A stretch of DNA of 32,000 nucleotides from Candidatus Arthromitus sp. SFB-rat-Yit (GTDB lineage Bacteria > Bacillota > Clostridia > Clostridiales > Clostridiaceae), in NCBI RefSeq assembly GCF_000283555.1, contig NC_016012.1, forward strand, positions 210,001-242,000, read 5' to 3'. The translations under genes were made by a program, and so were the position numbers. The notes below the pieces were generated by a model, which was not told the DNA's origin, searched no databases, and was given only the letters and a program-made list of their open reading frames with translations. This document shows, one piece after another, positions 19,094-29,131 of the stretch. The stretch's first letter is position 1. The number at the start of each line of letters is the position of its first letter.

Positions 19094-19110
19094 ATTTAGG
19101 GGGTTTTTAA

Positions 19111-19638
19111 TTGAAATTTAAGTTTGTATATTTCTTTACTCTATTATTTATTTTAGGAAGTTCTGTCATGGCTTGTTCTATTAAGGATGATAAAAAAATA
19201 TATGAAGTTAAGCTTAATAAGGTTGTAGATGGGAATACAATAAAAGTTATAATAAATGAAGAATTAAAAGATGTGAGATTAATTCTCGTTGATTCTCCAG
19301 AACTTAGAGGTAATTACCCTTTTAGTGTTGAAGCAAAAAAATATTTAAATGATAAATTATTAAATGTTGATTATGTTTATTTAGAGTTAGATGGTGAAGA
19401 GGTAGATAAGTATGGCAAGATATGGGCCTATGTTTGGTATTATAATGATCAGGGTAAACTTGAGATGGTAAATGAGGATATTATAGAGGATGGATATGGA
19501 AGAGTTGCTTATGTATTTGATTCTGCTAAATATTTAGATAGACTTAATTCATCTCAAAAAAGAGCTAAGGAGAGAGGAAATGGAATATGGAGTATAGATG
19601 GATATGTTACAGAAAGAGGGTATAAGAGATCAAAATGA
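19111..19638 (+). CDS. Staphylococcal nuclease-like (SNase) putative lipoprotein
   Basis: TTG start; lipobox-like VMAC; KVVDGNTIKVIINEELKDVRLILVDSPE, EVDKYGKIWAYVWY, MVNEDIIEDGYGRVAYV, GNGIWSIDGYV. Confidence 0.88.
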   Translation: MKFKFVYFFTLLFILGSSVMACSIKDDKKIYEVKLNKVVDGNTIKVIINEELKDVRLILVDSPELRGNYPFSVEAKKYLNDKLLNVDYVYLELDGEEVDKYGKIWAYVWYYNDQGKLEMVNEDIIEDGYGRVAYVFDSAKYLDRLNSSQKRAKERGNGIWSIDGYVTERGYKRSK

Positions 19639-19653
19639 AGGGATGTTTATTAA

Positions 19654-19851
19654 ATGAAAAAAATATATATAAGTGGTATGAAGTGTTCTCATTGTGAGAA
19701 AAAAGTTAGAAATGCTTTAGAGGAAATAGGAGCAACCGATATACATGTTGATTTATCTAAAAAAATAGTTACGTGTAATACGGATAAGTCGTATGATGAA
19801 ATATCGGATATAATAGGTGAATATGGATTCGATGTGGATAATGTAGAATAA
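19654..19851 (+). CDS. Heavy-metal-associated domain protein, CopZ-like
   Basis: IYISGMKCSHCEKKVRNALEEIGATDIHVDLSKKIVTCNTD. Confidence 0.88.
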   Translation: MKKIYISGMKCSHCEKKVRNALEEIGATDIHVDLSKKIVTCNTDKSYDEISDIIGEYGFDVDNVE

Positions 19852-19965
19852 TATTTTATATAAACTGATAATTTTATAAGAGTTTTTCTTATAAATTGTC
19901 AGTTTTTTTATATTTTATATGAGAATTTATTAGTGTAGAATTATTGAAGGGGGGAGTTGAAATAA

Positions 19966-22119
19966 GTGAATCGAAGAAGGTTGTATTATACATCATTTGG
20001 TATTGTTTCTTTAGTGTTTTTTATTACAATCTTTTTATTACAGATTTATTTTAAATATGGAGATGTAAGTCCGGTTAGTGGGAGGATTAGTGAATTTAAG
20101 GAAAATATAAATTTAATTGATAAAATTTATCTTGATTGGTGGGATTCTTCTATAAAAAAGATATCATCTCAGGGTGTTAAGGATATTTATGAACTCAAAA
20201 ATACATATGAAAATTTAAATATTGTAATAAGCGATAGTTCTATTTTAAACGATATTATTTTAAGTGAAATAATTATAGATAGAAAACCGCTTGAAGAGTA
20301 TTCGTATGAAGTTATAAATTCAAAGGATGGAAAGAGGATATTTAAGATAAGATTAGAGGAACTCGATGATTCTTCGACTAATAAGATTACAAAAGTAGTT
20401 AATATATACAATAGATATAATAATACATTTTATAATGTAGAGATTGATTCTTTTGAGTTTAGATTTAATTTGTCTAAGGATTCTGACTTTATATATTTAA
20501 ATTTTGAAAATTATATATCAAACTTCTATGATAATGAGTTTAAAATAGAGGGTAATTATTACAGTGATTCTAATGAAAATTTAATTTATAATTTTGGGCA
20601 TATAAATAAAAATATAAAGATTCCTATTATAAGTTCGTTAAGTGCTCAGATTGACGATAGTACTAAAAATTTGTTTTTTAAAGATAACATCAATTTTACT
20701 ATTTATAATAGATTTCATACTCCTGTTATAACTTTTAGTGTTAATTCTTCAGGAGATTTAAAAATACTTAATACATATAGTTTGTCTAATGTTTATGAAA
20801 GTGAATTGAAGAATCAGGTTTTTATATTTGATTCTAAGGATGATAATATTTTTAAGATTGATAAAAGAGAAGATGGGTCGGTTGATATTATAAATTTAAT
20901 TGATAACTATAAATTATATTTTGATGAAAATTTAATGAAAACATATAGGGTATATGAAGAAGAAGGTGGAAGTTCGGGTGTAAATTTTAGAATGTATAGA
21001 GATATGCGTGTAGGAAGTTATGTGTTTACCCCGAATAAGACATTTGATATATATAAATTTTATGATATTAATGAAAATAAATTTTTGTCTTATGATAAAT
21101 TAAGTAATATGTTTATTTTAAATAGTAATCCTTCAAATTTCATATTGACACCTGAAAATAATTTGTTTGATATATTGAATAGGGTGTTTATGAAAAAAAA
21201 CAAATCGAAAGATAAGGGTTATTATTATGTTGGAGATAATGAATTTCAAAATGGAGACATATTTAGATTTAATGATATGGCATCTTCTACTTTTAAGAAA
21301 GTTAGTTATGATGAAATAAAGGAAGAAATGGTTTCCTCAAACTATATTCAGGTAATGTTTAAAAATAAGGAAACAGGTGAATTTTTAAATGTGGATCTAA
21401 ATGGTGGAAACGCAATTAATGGAGTTTTATATAATGATTCTTATCTAAATGGGTATTTTAATTATGAAAAGGGAATGAATGATTTATCCAAATTCATCTT
21501 TGAGATAAGACCTTCGAATAATGAAGAGTTTACGACATTTAATTTATATAATAAATTAATTGGAACTTCTGTAGCTGCAGAATATGGGATTTTAGATAAC
21601 AAACTAGTTTTTGATAAGACTAAGGATAATAAGCTTAGGTTTGTTATTGAAAAGAATGATGGACGAGATGATGAGTTTAAGATAAAAGATGATTATGGAA
21701 GCTATTTATCTTTTAAGTCTTCAGATGATTTTGCTTGGGTAACATCTTCTGGATTTATGAAAAGATTTTTTAATATACAAGATGAGTTTGATGTGTTTGA
21801 GATTTATATGATTGATTTTAAAGAAAGTAATAACGTGAATTCGGGGGATTACGTATCTATATCATCTAAAGGAGTTGATGATAAATACTTTTTAGATAAA
21901 ATAACTGTGAATAATAAACAAACTGAATCTAAAAGTATTGATGAATATATTGTGTTTAGAAATAAAGAATTTATATTTTTAGAAGGGGATTCACTTCTTG
22001 AGGATATGATTGCAATTAATAGTTTCAGAGATGTACGAGGTATAAATATTTCTATGGTTCCAACTAATAATACGGAGAATAAAGGATATAGGTTCAATAT
22101 ATTAAATGGGATTTATTAG
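19966..22119 (+). CDS. Large membrane-anchored extracytoplasmic protein of unknown function, possible beta-trefoil-like C-terminal repeats
   Basis: Single N-terminal TM (YYTSFGIVSLVFFITIFLLQIYF) then about 690 aa of acidic, beta-rich sequence. Recurrent patterns: YDINENKFLSYDKLSNMFIL, KNKETGEFLNVDLNGGN, DDYGSYLSFKSSDD, GDYVSISSKGVDDKYF. Confidence 0.65.
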   Translation: MNRRRLYYTSFGIVSLVFFITIFLLQIYFKYGDVSPVSGRISEFKENINLIDKIYLDWWDSSIKKISSQGVKDIYELKNTYENLNIVISDSSILNDIILSEIIIDRKPLEEYSYEVINSKDGKRIFKIRLEELDDSSTNKITKVVNIYNRYNNTFYNVEIDSFEFRFNLSKDSDFIYLNFENYISNFYDNEFKIEGNYYSDSNENLIYNFGHINKNIKIPIISSLSAQIDDSTKNLFFKDNINFTIYNRFHTPVITFSVNSSGDLKILNTYSLSNVYESELKNQVFIFDSKDDNIFKIDKREDGSVDIINLIDNYKLYFDENLMKTYRVYEEEGGSSGVNFRMYRDMRVGSYVFTPNKTFDIYKFYDINENKFLSYDKLSNMFILNSNPSNFILTPENNLFDILNRVFMKKNKSKDKGYYYVGDNEFQNGDIFRFNDMASSTFKKVSYDEIKEEMVSSNYIQVMFKNKETGEFLNVDLNGGNAINGVLYNDSYLNGYFNYEKGMNDLSKFIFEIRPSNNEEFTTFNLYNKLIGTSVAAEYGILDNKLVFDKTKDNKLRFVIEKNDGRDDEFKIKDDYGSYLSFKSSDDFAWVTSSGFMKRFFNIQDEFDVFEIYMIDFKESNNVNSGDYVSISSKGVDDKYFLDKITVNNKQTESKSIDEYIVFRNKEFIFLEGDSLLEDMIAINSFRDVRGINISMVPTNNTENKGYRFNILNGIY

Positions 22120-22255
22120 ATAAATTTTAACAAAAATTACAAAAAGGTTAAAAAGTATTGAATGGAAATATGAATTATTATATAATATTGTTAATATATC
22201 GTAAATAATGATTTCTTAAATATTAATAGATTATGAGGTAGGAGGGGTTACTTTA

Positions 22256-22468
22256 ATGCTTGGAAAAGGAATTAGTATGAGTACAGTTGTAACAAGTATA
22301 CTTTTAGGAACTACAGCTATTGTAGGTCTTAGTGTGGGTCTTGGAATTGAAAATAACAAGAGTGCATTAAGAGATAGTGAGCTAGATGATTTAAAAAGAC
22401 AAATAAAGATTGTTGAAGATATAACTAAAGATATAAACGTAAGACCACCGAACGGATTCATTAATTAA
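22256..22468 (+). CDS. 70-aa small single-TM protein with charged coil and PP-containing tail
   Basis: GGAGGGG ribosome binding site; MLGKGISMSTVVTSILLGTTAIVGLSVGLGIENNKSALRDSELDDLKRQIKIVEDITKDINVRPPNGFIN. Confidence 0.7.
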   Translation: MLGKGISMSTVVTSILLGTTAIVGLSVGLGIENNKSALRDSELDDLKRQIKIVEDITKDINVRPPNGFIN

Positions 22469-22492
22469 TATAAATTTGGGGGGTGAAAATAT

Positions 22493-22714
22493 ATGCAAAT
22501 TCGTTATTGTTTAGTAGGAGTCGGTGTTGTTGGTGCTTTATCTCTAACTGCTGCTTTAGCTGGAGTTGGAATATCAAATCAGAGTAAATTAGATGAGATA
22601 GGTAGAAAAAAATTAGAGCTTAGTTCTAAGGAGGGTGTTTATCCACAACCTGAGTCTAGAGTTTTAAAATCTCCATCTTCTCCAGCATATCCATCGCCTG
22701 GATATGAGAATTAA
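22493..22714 (+). CDS. 73-aa small single-TM protein with Pro/Ser-rich tail
   Basis: GGGGGGTGA ribosome binding site; MQIRYCLVGVGVVGALSLTAALAGVGISNQSKLDEIGRKKLELSSKEGVYPQPESRVLKSPSSPAYPSPGYEN. Confidence 0.7.
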   Translation: MQIRYCLVGVGVVGALSLTAALAGVGISNQSKLDEIGRKKLELSSKEGVYPQPESRVLKSPSSPAYPSPGYEN

Positions 22715-22781
22715 ATAGTTGTAAAATGCGTACATAATTGACAATTTTTGAGTATGAATTTATAATTTTAAAAAATAATGT

Positions 22782-22820
22782 AAAATACTTCACTTTGTTT
22801 TAGAGTGAAGTATTTTTAAT
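22782..22820 (+). terminator. Intrinsic terminator between the small-protein pair and ileS
   Basis: AAAATACTTCACT (22782-22794), loop TTGTTTTAG, AGTGAAGTATTTT (22804-22816): perfect 13-bp stem. Confidence 0.8.
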
Positions 22821-22851
22821 TTTAATATTTAAATATTAGCTTGGAGGGTTT

Positions 22852-25800
22852 ATGTATAAAAAGGTCGAATCTAATGTTCCTATGAATCAAATAGATAAAC
22901 ACATATTAGATTTTTGGGAAAAGAACAATATTGTTAAAAAGAACTTTGATAGGAATGAATATGGCGAATATTTTAGTTTTTATGACGGTCCACCAACAGC
23001 TAACGGTAAACCTCATATAGGTCATGTTATAACAAGAGTTATAAAAGATATCATACCTAGATATAAGGTTATGAAGGGTTATAGAGTTTTGAGAAAGGCT
23101 GGATGGGATACTCATGGACTTCCTGTTGAACTTGAAATTGAAAAGAAGCTTTCTATTTCAGGAAAGAAAGAAATAGAAGATTTTGGAGTAAGTAAGTTTG
23201 TATCGGAGTGCAAAAATAACGTATTTAAATATGTTGAAATGTGGGAAGAAATGTCTAAAAAGATTGGATACTGGGTAGATATGGAAAGCCCATATGTAAC
23301 GTATCACAACAATTACATAGAGTCTGTTTGGTGGGCACTCAAAACAATGTGGGATAAAGATTTGCTTTATAAGGGTCATAAGATTCTTCCGTATTGTTCA
23401 AGATGTGGAACGGGTTTATCTTCTCATGAGGTTGCTCAAGGGTATAAAGATATTAAAGACAATACGGTAGTTGCTAAATTTAAGGTTCAAGGATTTGACA
23501 ATAAGTACATATTAGCTTGGACAACTACTCCATGGACTCTTCCATCTAATACGGCTCTTGCGATTAATAGAGCTTATACATATGTTGAGGTTCTTGTAGA
23601 TGGTGAAATTTATATACTTGCTAAGGATCTTTTAAAAATTTTAGGTGATATAGAATATGAAATAATAAATGAGTTTAAGGGAGATAAACTTGAAGGGACT
23701 CATTATGATCAATTATTTGATTATATAAAACCAGAAGAAAATGGTTTTTATGTAGTTCATGCAGATTATGTAACATTATCTGATGGAACTGGTATTGTAC
23801 ATATTGCTCCTGCGTTTGGAGAAGATGATAACAAGGTAGGTCAAAAATATAATTTGCCTTTTATAAATCCTGTAGATCTTCAGGGTAAGTTTACGGATGA
23901 GGTAAGCGATTTTAAGGGAATGTTTGTAAAAGATTGTGACATTAAGATAATAAAACTTTTAGAAGAAAGAGAAATGCTTTTTAAAAGTGAGAAATATACG
24001 CACTCATACCCTCATTGCTGGAGATGTGATACTCCTCTTTTATATTATCCTAAAGATAGCTGGTATATTAAAACGACTTCAATTAAGGAAAATTTACTTA
24101 AAAATAATGATAAAGTTTCATGGTATCCAGATAATATAAGGACGGGAAGGTTCGGAAATTTTTTAGAAAACGTAATAGATTGGAGTATATCAAGAGATAG
24201 ATATTGGGGAACTCCACTCCCTATTTGGGAATGTGAGTGTTTGCATAGAGAGTGTATTGGATCTATAGAGGAATTGAAGGAAAAAGGAATAAATGTTTTA
24301 GAAGATATAGAGCTTCATAAGCCTTTTATAGATGAAGTTAAACTTAAATGTGAAAAGTGCGGGGGAGAGATGACTCGCACAAAGGAAGTTATAGACTGTT
24401 GGTTTGATTCAGGAAGTATGCCGTTTGCTCAGTATCATTATCCTTTTGAAAACAAAGAATTATTTGAGAAGAATTTCCCAGCACAGTTTATTTCAGAAGC
24501 GGTTGATCAAACAAGAGGATGGTTTTATACGCTTATGGCAATATCTACTGCTATTTTTGATAGAAATCCATTTGAAAATTGTATAGTTTTAGGGCATGTT
24601 TTAGATAAACATGGTAAGAAGATGTCTAAACATTTGGGTAATGTTGTTGATCCTAATGAGGTTATTGATTCTCAAGGTGCTGATGCTGTTAGATGGCATT
24701 TTTATACATCGAGTTATCCGTGGCTTCCATCTAGATTTTCTGAAAATGATGTAAAAGAGGTTCATAGGAGATTTTTATCTACATATTGGAATGTGTATTC
24801 TTTTTATGTGCTTTATGCAAATTTAGATAAGTTTAATCCGAATAATTATAAAGATTATACTGTTTCAAACATTATGGATAAATGGATATTGTCAAAATTA
24901 AATACTTTGATTAAAGATGTAGATGAAATGCTTTCGTCTTATAAAATAACTAATGCAGCTTATAAGATTGAAACGTTCGTTGATGAGCTTTCTAATTGGT
25001 ATATAAGACGTAATAGATCGAGGTATTGGACAAATGGTTTTGATGAAGATAAGATAAGTGCTTTTATGACGCTTTATTTAGTAATTGTTGATTTATCAAA
25101 AATACTTGCACCATTTATACCTTTTGTAACTGAAGAAATTTATCAAAATCTTGTTAAAAATCTTGATGAAAATTCAAGAGAGAGCATACATTTATGTAAT
25201 TTTCCAGAGTGTAGGTATGATTTAATAGATAAAGATCTTGAAAGTGATATGGATCTTGCGTATAAAATAGTTAAACTTGGAAGAAGTGCGAGAAATAATG
25301 CTAATATTAAAAATAGGCAACCACTCCAGAAGATACTTGTGAGTGGAGAGAATTTAGAGAATTATTATCACTCTATTATAAAAGATGAGCTTAATATAAA
25401 AGAGATAGAATTTAATTCTGATATAAGTAAATATGTAAGTTTTAATCTTAAACCGAATCTGCCAGTACTTGGGAAAGAGTATGGAAGATATATTCCAAAA
25501 ATAAAAGAGTTTTTATCAAACAGTAATCAAATGGAATTGGCCTTAAATCTTAAAGCAGGTGAAAGCGTAGAAGTTTCTATATTAGATAAGAGTATTTTGT
25601 TAAATAAAGATAATGTTTTAATTACAATGGATGGATTAGAGGGTTATGCATTTTCTGGAGAAGGAACTATTGGAGTTGTGCTTGATACTAATATCACAGA
25701 TACTTTAAGAGAAGAAGGATTCGTACGTGAAATAATAAGTAAGATTCAAAATTTAAGGAAAGAAAAGGGATTTGAGGTAAGCGATAAGATTAAAATTTAT

Positions 25801-25968
25801 GTAAAAGATAGTTTTAATTTGGTAAGTATAATCGATAAATATAGGGAGATTATACAGAAAGAAACATTAACTACTAATATTTATTTTAATGATGAAATAT
25901 TAAATTTAAATTATGTAGAGTTAAATATTAATAAAGAAATACTAGTTTTAGATATTGTAAGAGTATAA
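22852..25968 (+). CDS. ileS: Isoleucyl-tRNA synthetase (IleS2-like)
   Basis: [25 protein letters not shown] (HIGH motif), [52 protein letters not shown] (KMSK motif), [15 protein letters not shown]. Confidence 0.95.
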   Translation: MYKKVESNVPMNQIDKHILDFWEKNNIVKKNFDRNEYGEYFSFYDGPPTANGKPHIGHVITRVIKDIIPRYKVMKGYRVLRKAGWDTHGLPVELEIEKKLSISGKKEIEDFGVSKFVSECKNNVFKYVEMWEEMSKKIGYWVDMESPYVTYHNNYIESVWWALKTMWDKDLLYKGHKILPYCSRCGTGLSSHEVAQGYKDIKDNTVVAKFKVQGFDNKYILAWTTTPWTLPSNTALAINRAYTYVEVLVDGEIYILAKDLLKILGDIEYEIINEFKGDKLEGTHYDQLFDYIKPEENGFYVVHADYVTLSDGTGIVHIAPAFGEDDNKVGQKYNLPFINPVDLQGKFTDEVSDFKGMFVKDCDIKIIKLLEEREMLFKSEKYTHSYPHCWRCDTPLLYYPKDSWYIKTTSIKENLLKNNDKVSWYPDNIRTGRFGNFLENVIDWSISRDRYWGTPLPIWECECLHRECIGSIEELKEKGINVLEDIELHKPFIDEVKLKCEKCGGEMTRTKEVIDCWFDSGSMPFAQYHYPFENKELFEKNFPAQFISEAVDQTRGWFYTLMAISTAIFDRNPFENCIVLGHVLDKHGKKMSKHLGNVVDPNEVIDSQGADAVRWHFYTSSYPWLPSRFSENDVKEVHRRFLSTYWNVYSFYVLYANLDKFNPNNYKDYTVSNIMDKWILSKLNTLIKDVDEMLSSYKITNAAYKIETFVDELSNWYIRRNRSRYWTNGFDEDKISAFMTLYLVIVDLSKILAPFIPFVTEEIYQNLVKNLDENSRESIHLCNFPECRYDLIDKDLESDMDLAYKIVKLGRSARNNANIKNRQPLQKILVSGENLENYYHSIIKDELNIKEIEFNSDISKYVSFNLKPNLPVLGKEYGRYIPKIKEFLSNSNQMELALNLKAGESVEVSILDKSILLNKDNVLITMDGLEGYAFSGEGTIGVVLDTNITDTLREEGFVREIISKIQNLRKEKGFEVSDKIKIYVKDSFNLVSIIDKYREIIQKETLTTNIYFNDEILNLNYVELNINKEILVLDIVRV

Positions 25969-26011
25969 AATTTTTAGAAAGGATTTAGTTACCCAGTGTA
26001 GCGATTGTATT

Positions 26012-27010
26012 ATGGCTATTTCAATTAAAGATGTTGCGAAGGAAGCGGGGGTATCTATTGCAACTGTTTCAAGAGTTTTAAATGGAATTGAAGTTGTTAA
26101 TGAAGATACTCAAAAAAGAGTAAAAGAAGCAGTAGCTAAATTAGGATATAGGCCAAATATTATAGCGAGAAGTTTGAAAACACAAAGGACGAGGACAGTC
26201 GGTATTTTAATCCCTGATATATCCAATTCATTATATCCAGAGATAGTTAGAGGAATTGAAGATGTTTCTAATATTTACAATTATAATATAATACTTTGTA
26301 ATTCAGATTTAAATTTGGATAAAGAAAAGGAGTACATTTATATTCTTCGAGAGAAAATGGTTGATGGTATTCTATTTATGAGTAATTCTCTTGAAGATGA
26401 GGTTTTGGATATTATACAGAAGTTAGATATGAAAACAGTTTTAATAGAAACAAATGTTTGTAATAAAAATATTCCTAATATAACAATAGATAATATTAAG
26501 GCATCAAGTGAGGCGGTAAATAAACTTATATCAAATGGTAGAAGAAGAATATTATATATAGGGGATCATAAGGATACGTTAAACGCATCTGCATATAGAT
26601 ACAAGGGGTATGTTAAAGCGTTAGAAGAAAATGGAATTAAAATAGATGATGAACTTATATGTTATTGTAAGCCATTTTTGAATAATGGATATGAATATAT
26701 ACAAAAGAAAATTAAGGAAGGCGTTTTATTTGATGGGGTATTTTGTACTTGCGATGAACTTGCTATAGGGGCTATTAATGCACTTCGTGAAAATAGAGTT
26801 GATATTCCAGAAGAATGTGAAATTATAGGATTCAATAATATTTTAATGTCAGCAGCATTTTCTCCGAAACTCACAACGATTGATACATCGAGCTATGATT
26901 TGGGTTCTATTGGTATGAGAACTCTTATAAAGATAATTAATAATGAACAAATAAATAACTTTAATTATGTAGTTCCATATAATTTAATAGAGAGGGAGAG
27001 TACAAGGTAA
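26012..27010 (+). CDS. LacI family transcriptional regulator
   Basis: SIKDVAKEAGVSIATVSRVLNGIEVVNEDTQKRVKEAVAKLGYRPNIIARSLKTQRT HTH, plus periplasmic-binding-like domain. Confidence 0.93.
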   Translation: MAISIKDVAKEAGVSIATVSRVLNGIEVVNEDTQKRVKEAVAKLGYRPNIIARSLKTQRTRTVGILIPDISNSLYPEIVRGIEDVSNIYNYNIILCNSDLNLDKEKEYIYILREKMVDGILFMSNSLEDEVLDIIQKLDMKTVLIETNVCNKNIPNITIDNIKASSEAVNKLISNGRRRILYIGDHKDTLNASAYRYKGYVKALEENGIKIDDELICYCKPFLNNGYEYIQKKIKEGVLFDGVFCTCDELAIGAINALRENRVDIPEECEIIGFNNILMSAAFSPKLTTIDTSSYDLGSIGMRTLIKIINNEQINNFNYVVPYNLIERESTR

Positions 27011-27028
27011 TTGTACTCTTCTTTTTTT
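26997..27028 (+). terminator. Intrinsic terminator, with the lacI-type stop codon in the loop
   Basis: AGAGTACAA (26997-27005), GGTAA, TTGTACTCT (27011-27019), then TCTTTTTTT. The TAA at 27008-27010 is in the loop. Confidence 0.85.
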
Positions 27029-27084
27029 AACATAAAAACTTAATAAGAAAAATAAAATTATCTTAAAAAGAGCGAGGTGATTAT

Positions 27085-27657
27085 TTGATAAATTATATTT
27101 GGTTTTTCATGATAGGATCAGGTCTTATTTATTCATTGGTAGGAAATAACGGAGATAAGATAAGTAAATCTATTTTAGATTCTACATCATCAACTGTAAC
27201 ACTTATTATATCCCTTGTAGGTGTTATGTGTTTGTGGTGTGGAATTATGAAAATAGCAGAAGAGAGTGGAATTACAAAAAAACTTGCAAATTTGTTGAAA
27301 CCAATACTTAAGATTTTATTTAAAGAAAAGAATAATGAGAGAGTGATGGGACATGTTGTGATGAATTTAACTGCAAATATATTAGGACTTGGAAATGCAG
27401 CAACACCATTTGGAATTAAAGCTATGGAGGAGCTTGATGTTGTAAATGAAAATAAAAATGTGGCATCTAATGATATGGCTTTATTTCTGGTATTAAATGC
27501 TAATTGCATACAATTATTTCCAACGACGATTCTTTCTGTAAGAAGTATTGCTGGTTCTGTGGATCATGGTGGGGTTATTTTGGGAATTTTTATAACCACG
27601 TTTTTAACTAGTATCATATCGATAATTATATGCAAGCTACTTCAGAGAATATTTTAG
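27085..27657 (+). CDS. spmA: Spore maturation protein A
   Basis: TTG start; ILSLVGVMCLWCGIMKIAEESGI-like region, NLTANILGLGNAATPFGIKAMEEL, VLNANCIQLFPTTILSVRS; followed directly by spmB. Confidence 0.92.
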   Translation: MINYIWFFMIGSGLIYSLVGNNGDKISKSILDSTSSTVTLIISLVGVMCLWCGIMKIAEESGITKKLANLLKPILKILFKEKNNERVMGHVVMNLTANILGLGNAATPFGIKAMEELDVVNENKNVASNDMALFLVLNANCIQLFPTTILSVRSIAGSVDHGGVILGIFITTFLTSIISIIICKLLQRIF

Positions 27658-27667
27658 GAGTGATTTA

Positions 27668-28192
27668 ATGAATTTTTTATCATCATCGTTTATTCCGTTT
27701 ATAATATTATTTATTGTTTTATATGGAATAATTAAGAAGGTTAAGGTTTATGAGGTGTTTGTTGAGGGAGCCAAAGATGGTTTGAATATTTGTAAAAACA
27801 TATTTCCATATCTTTTGTGCATGCTTCTTGCTATAAAAGTTTTTAGAGATTCAGGTATGCTTGATTACATAGTAAATTTTATTAGACCTTTTCTTGACAT
27901 GATTGGAATACCAGCTGAGGTTGTGACGCAGATTTTTGTGAAACCATTATCAGGAAGTGGAGCACTTGGAATATATACAGATAACATTAAGACATTTGGA
28001 GCAGACTCATATTTGGGAGTGTTGTCATCTGTGCTTATGGGCTCTACGGAAACTATATTTTATACAATAGCACTTTATTTTGGGAGTGTAAAAATTAAAA
28101 AAATAAGGCATACGTTATGGACAGCTATATTTTCTGAAATAATAGGAGTTATTATTGCGGTAAATGTAACTAAAATAATATTTTTTAATTAA
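27668..28192 (+). CDS. spmB: Spore maturation protein B
   Basis: YEVFVEGAKDGLNICKNIFPYLLCMLLAIKVFRDSG, PLSGSGALGIYTDNIKTFGADSYLGVLSSVLMGSTETIFYTIALYFG. Confidence 0.93.
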   Translation: MNFLSSSFIPFIILFIVLYGIIKKVKVYEVFVEGAKDGLNICKNIFPYLLCMLLAIKVFRDSGMLDYIVNFIRPFLDMIGIPAEVVTQIFVKPLSGSGALGIYTDNIKTFGADSYLGVLSSVLMGSTETIFYTIALYFGSVKIKKIRHTLWTAIFSEIIGVIIAVNVTKIIFFN

Positions 28193-28279
28193 ACATAAAA
28201 AATAAATAAATTACATAAATTTAAGTAGGGTTTTTTAATATTGTACCAATGAAAATTAAGTTTAAGGAGATGTATTCCT

Positions 28280-28477
28280 TTGAAGGTAATAAAAAGTTTT
28301 CTTATGATAGTTGGATTACTTACCTGTTTTGTTGGTGTCGAACCTGTACAAGATTTTTTGATAGGGACTAGAAAACTTGTTTTAACCTTTATTATAAAGG
28401 TATTTCAAACTACAATTTCCTGTTTTTTGTTTTTAACTATGACTTCGTTTGCTATTAATGGATTTTTGGGGGCTTAG
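28280..28477 (+). CDS. 65-aa small membrane protein downstream of spmB
   Basis: TTG start after AAGGAGATG; two hydrophobic segments; ends 2 nt before the next CDS. Confidence 0.65.
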   Translation: MKVIKSFLMIVGLLTCFVGVEPVQDFLIGTRKLVLTFIIKVFQTTISCFLFLTMTSFAINGFLGA

Positions 28478-28479
28478 TT

Positions 28480-29112
28480 ATGAAGAATTCAGAATTAGAA
28501 GTAATTAGAAATTATGATTATGATAAGAGTGTAGATTTAAAAAGAGAAAATGTGAAAAAGAAATATTTAGTTGGATTTTGTTTGTTTATTACTGTATTTT
28601 TATTTATATTTGGTGTAGTGTTTTTTGTAAAAAATAAAATAGATAATTATAAAAATTTGGGAGAAGATTTAAATTTTCAGAGGCAAAAAATTATTGAGGA
28701 ACGTATGATTATGGAGAAGACGTTAAAAGAGGAAAGAGATAAACTTTTATCTCTTCAAATAGAATATGAGGATAAAAATAGGGAATTAGACGATAAATTA
28801 AAATATGTTAATGAAAAACAGGTAGAATTTGATACAGAGCTTAAGAAGGTTTATGAGCTTCGAGATATACTTAAGAATCAATTGGTTCAAATATATGATT
28901 TTAATATAGATAGAATTTATGAATCGACAAATGAGATAGATGGGTTAGATAAATTTACAGATGATGATAATGTAGAAAATCCTATACATACAAGTACTAT
29001 TTTAGGAAAAGATGAGAATGAACCAACTGAGTATGTGGAAGATAGAATACTTGGAATTGCACATCCAGATTGGTTTATAAAATTTGATTCATTGGGAGAA
29101 TTTAGATATTAA
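28480..29112 (+). CDS. Membrane-anchored coiled-coil protein
   Basis: TM segment YLVGFCLFITVFLFIFGVVFFV, then a long charged heptad-rich region (NLGEDLNFQRQKIIEERMIMEKTLKEERDKLLSLQIEYEDKNRELDDKLKYVNEKQVEFDTELKKVYELRDILKNQL) and an acidic C-terminus. Confidence 0.72.
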   Translation: MKNSELEVIRNYDYDKSVDLKRENVKKKYLVGFCLFITVFLFIFGVVFFVKNKIDNYKNLGEDLNFQRQKIIEERMIMEKTLKEERDKLLSLQIEYEDKNRELDDKLKYVNEKQVEFDTELKKVYELRDILKNQLVQIYDFNIDRIYESTNEIDGLDKFTDDDNVENPIHTSTILGKDENEPTEYVEDRILGIAHPDWFIKFDSLGEFRY

Positions 29113-29131
29113 TTATTAAGGTGATTTATTG

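Noticed and set aside
22231-22461. 76-aa minus-strand ORF
   Set aside because: Antisense to the 70-aa small TM protein, which has a GGAGGGG ribosome binding site.
24404-24586. 60-aa plus-strand ORF inside ileS in another frame
   Set aside because: Overlaps a conserved ileS region; no independent evidence.
27129-27509. 126-aa minus-strand ORF
   Set aside because: Fully antisense to spmA, with composition typical of a shadow ORF.
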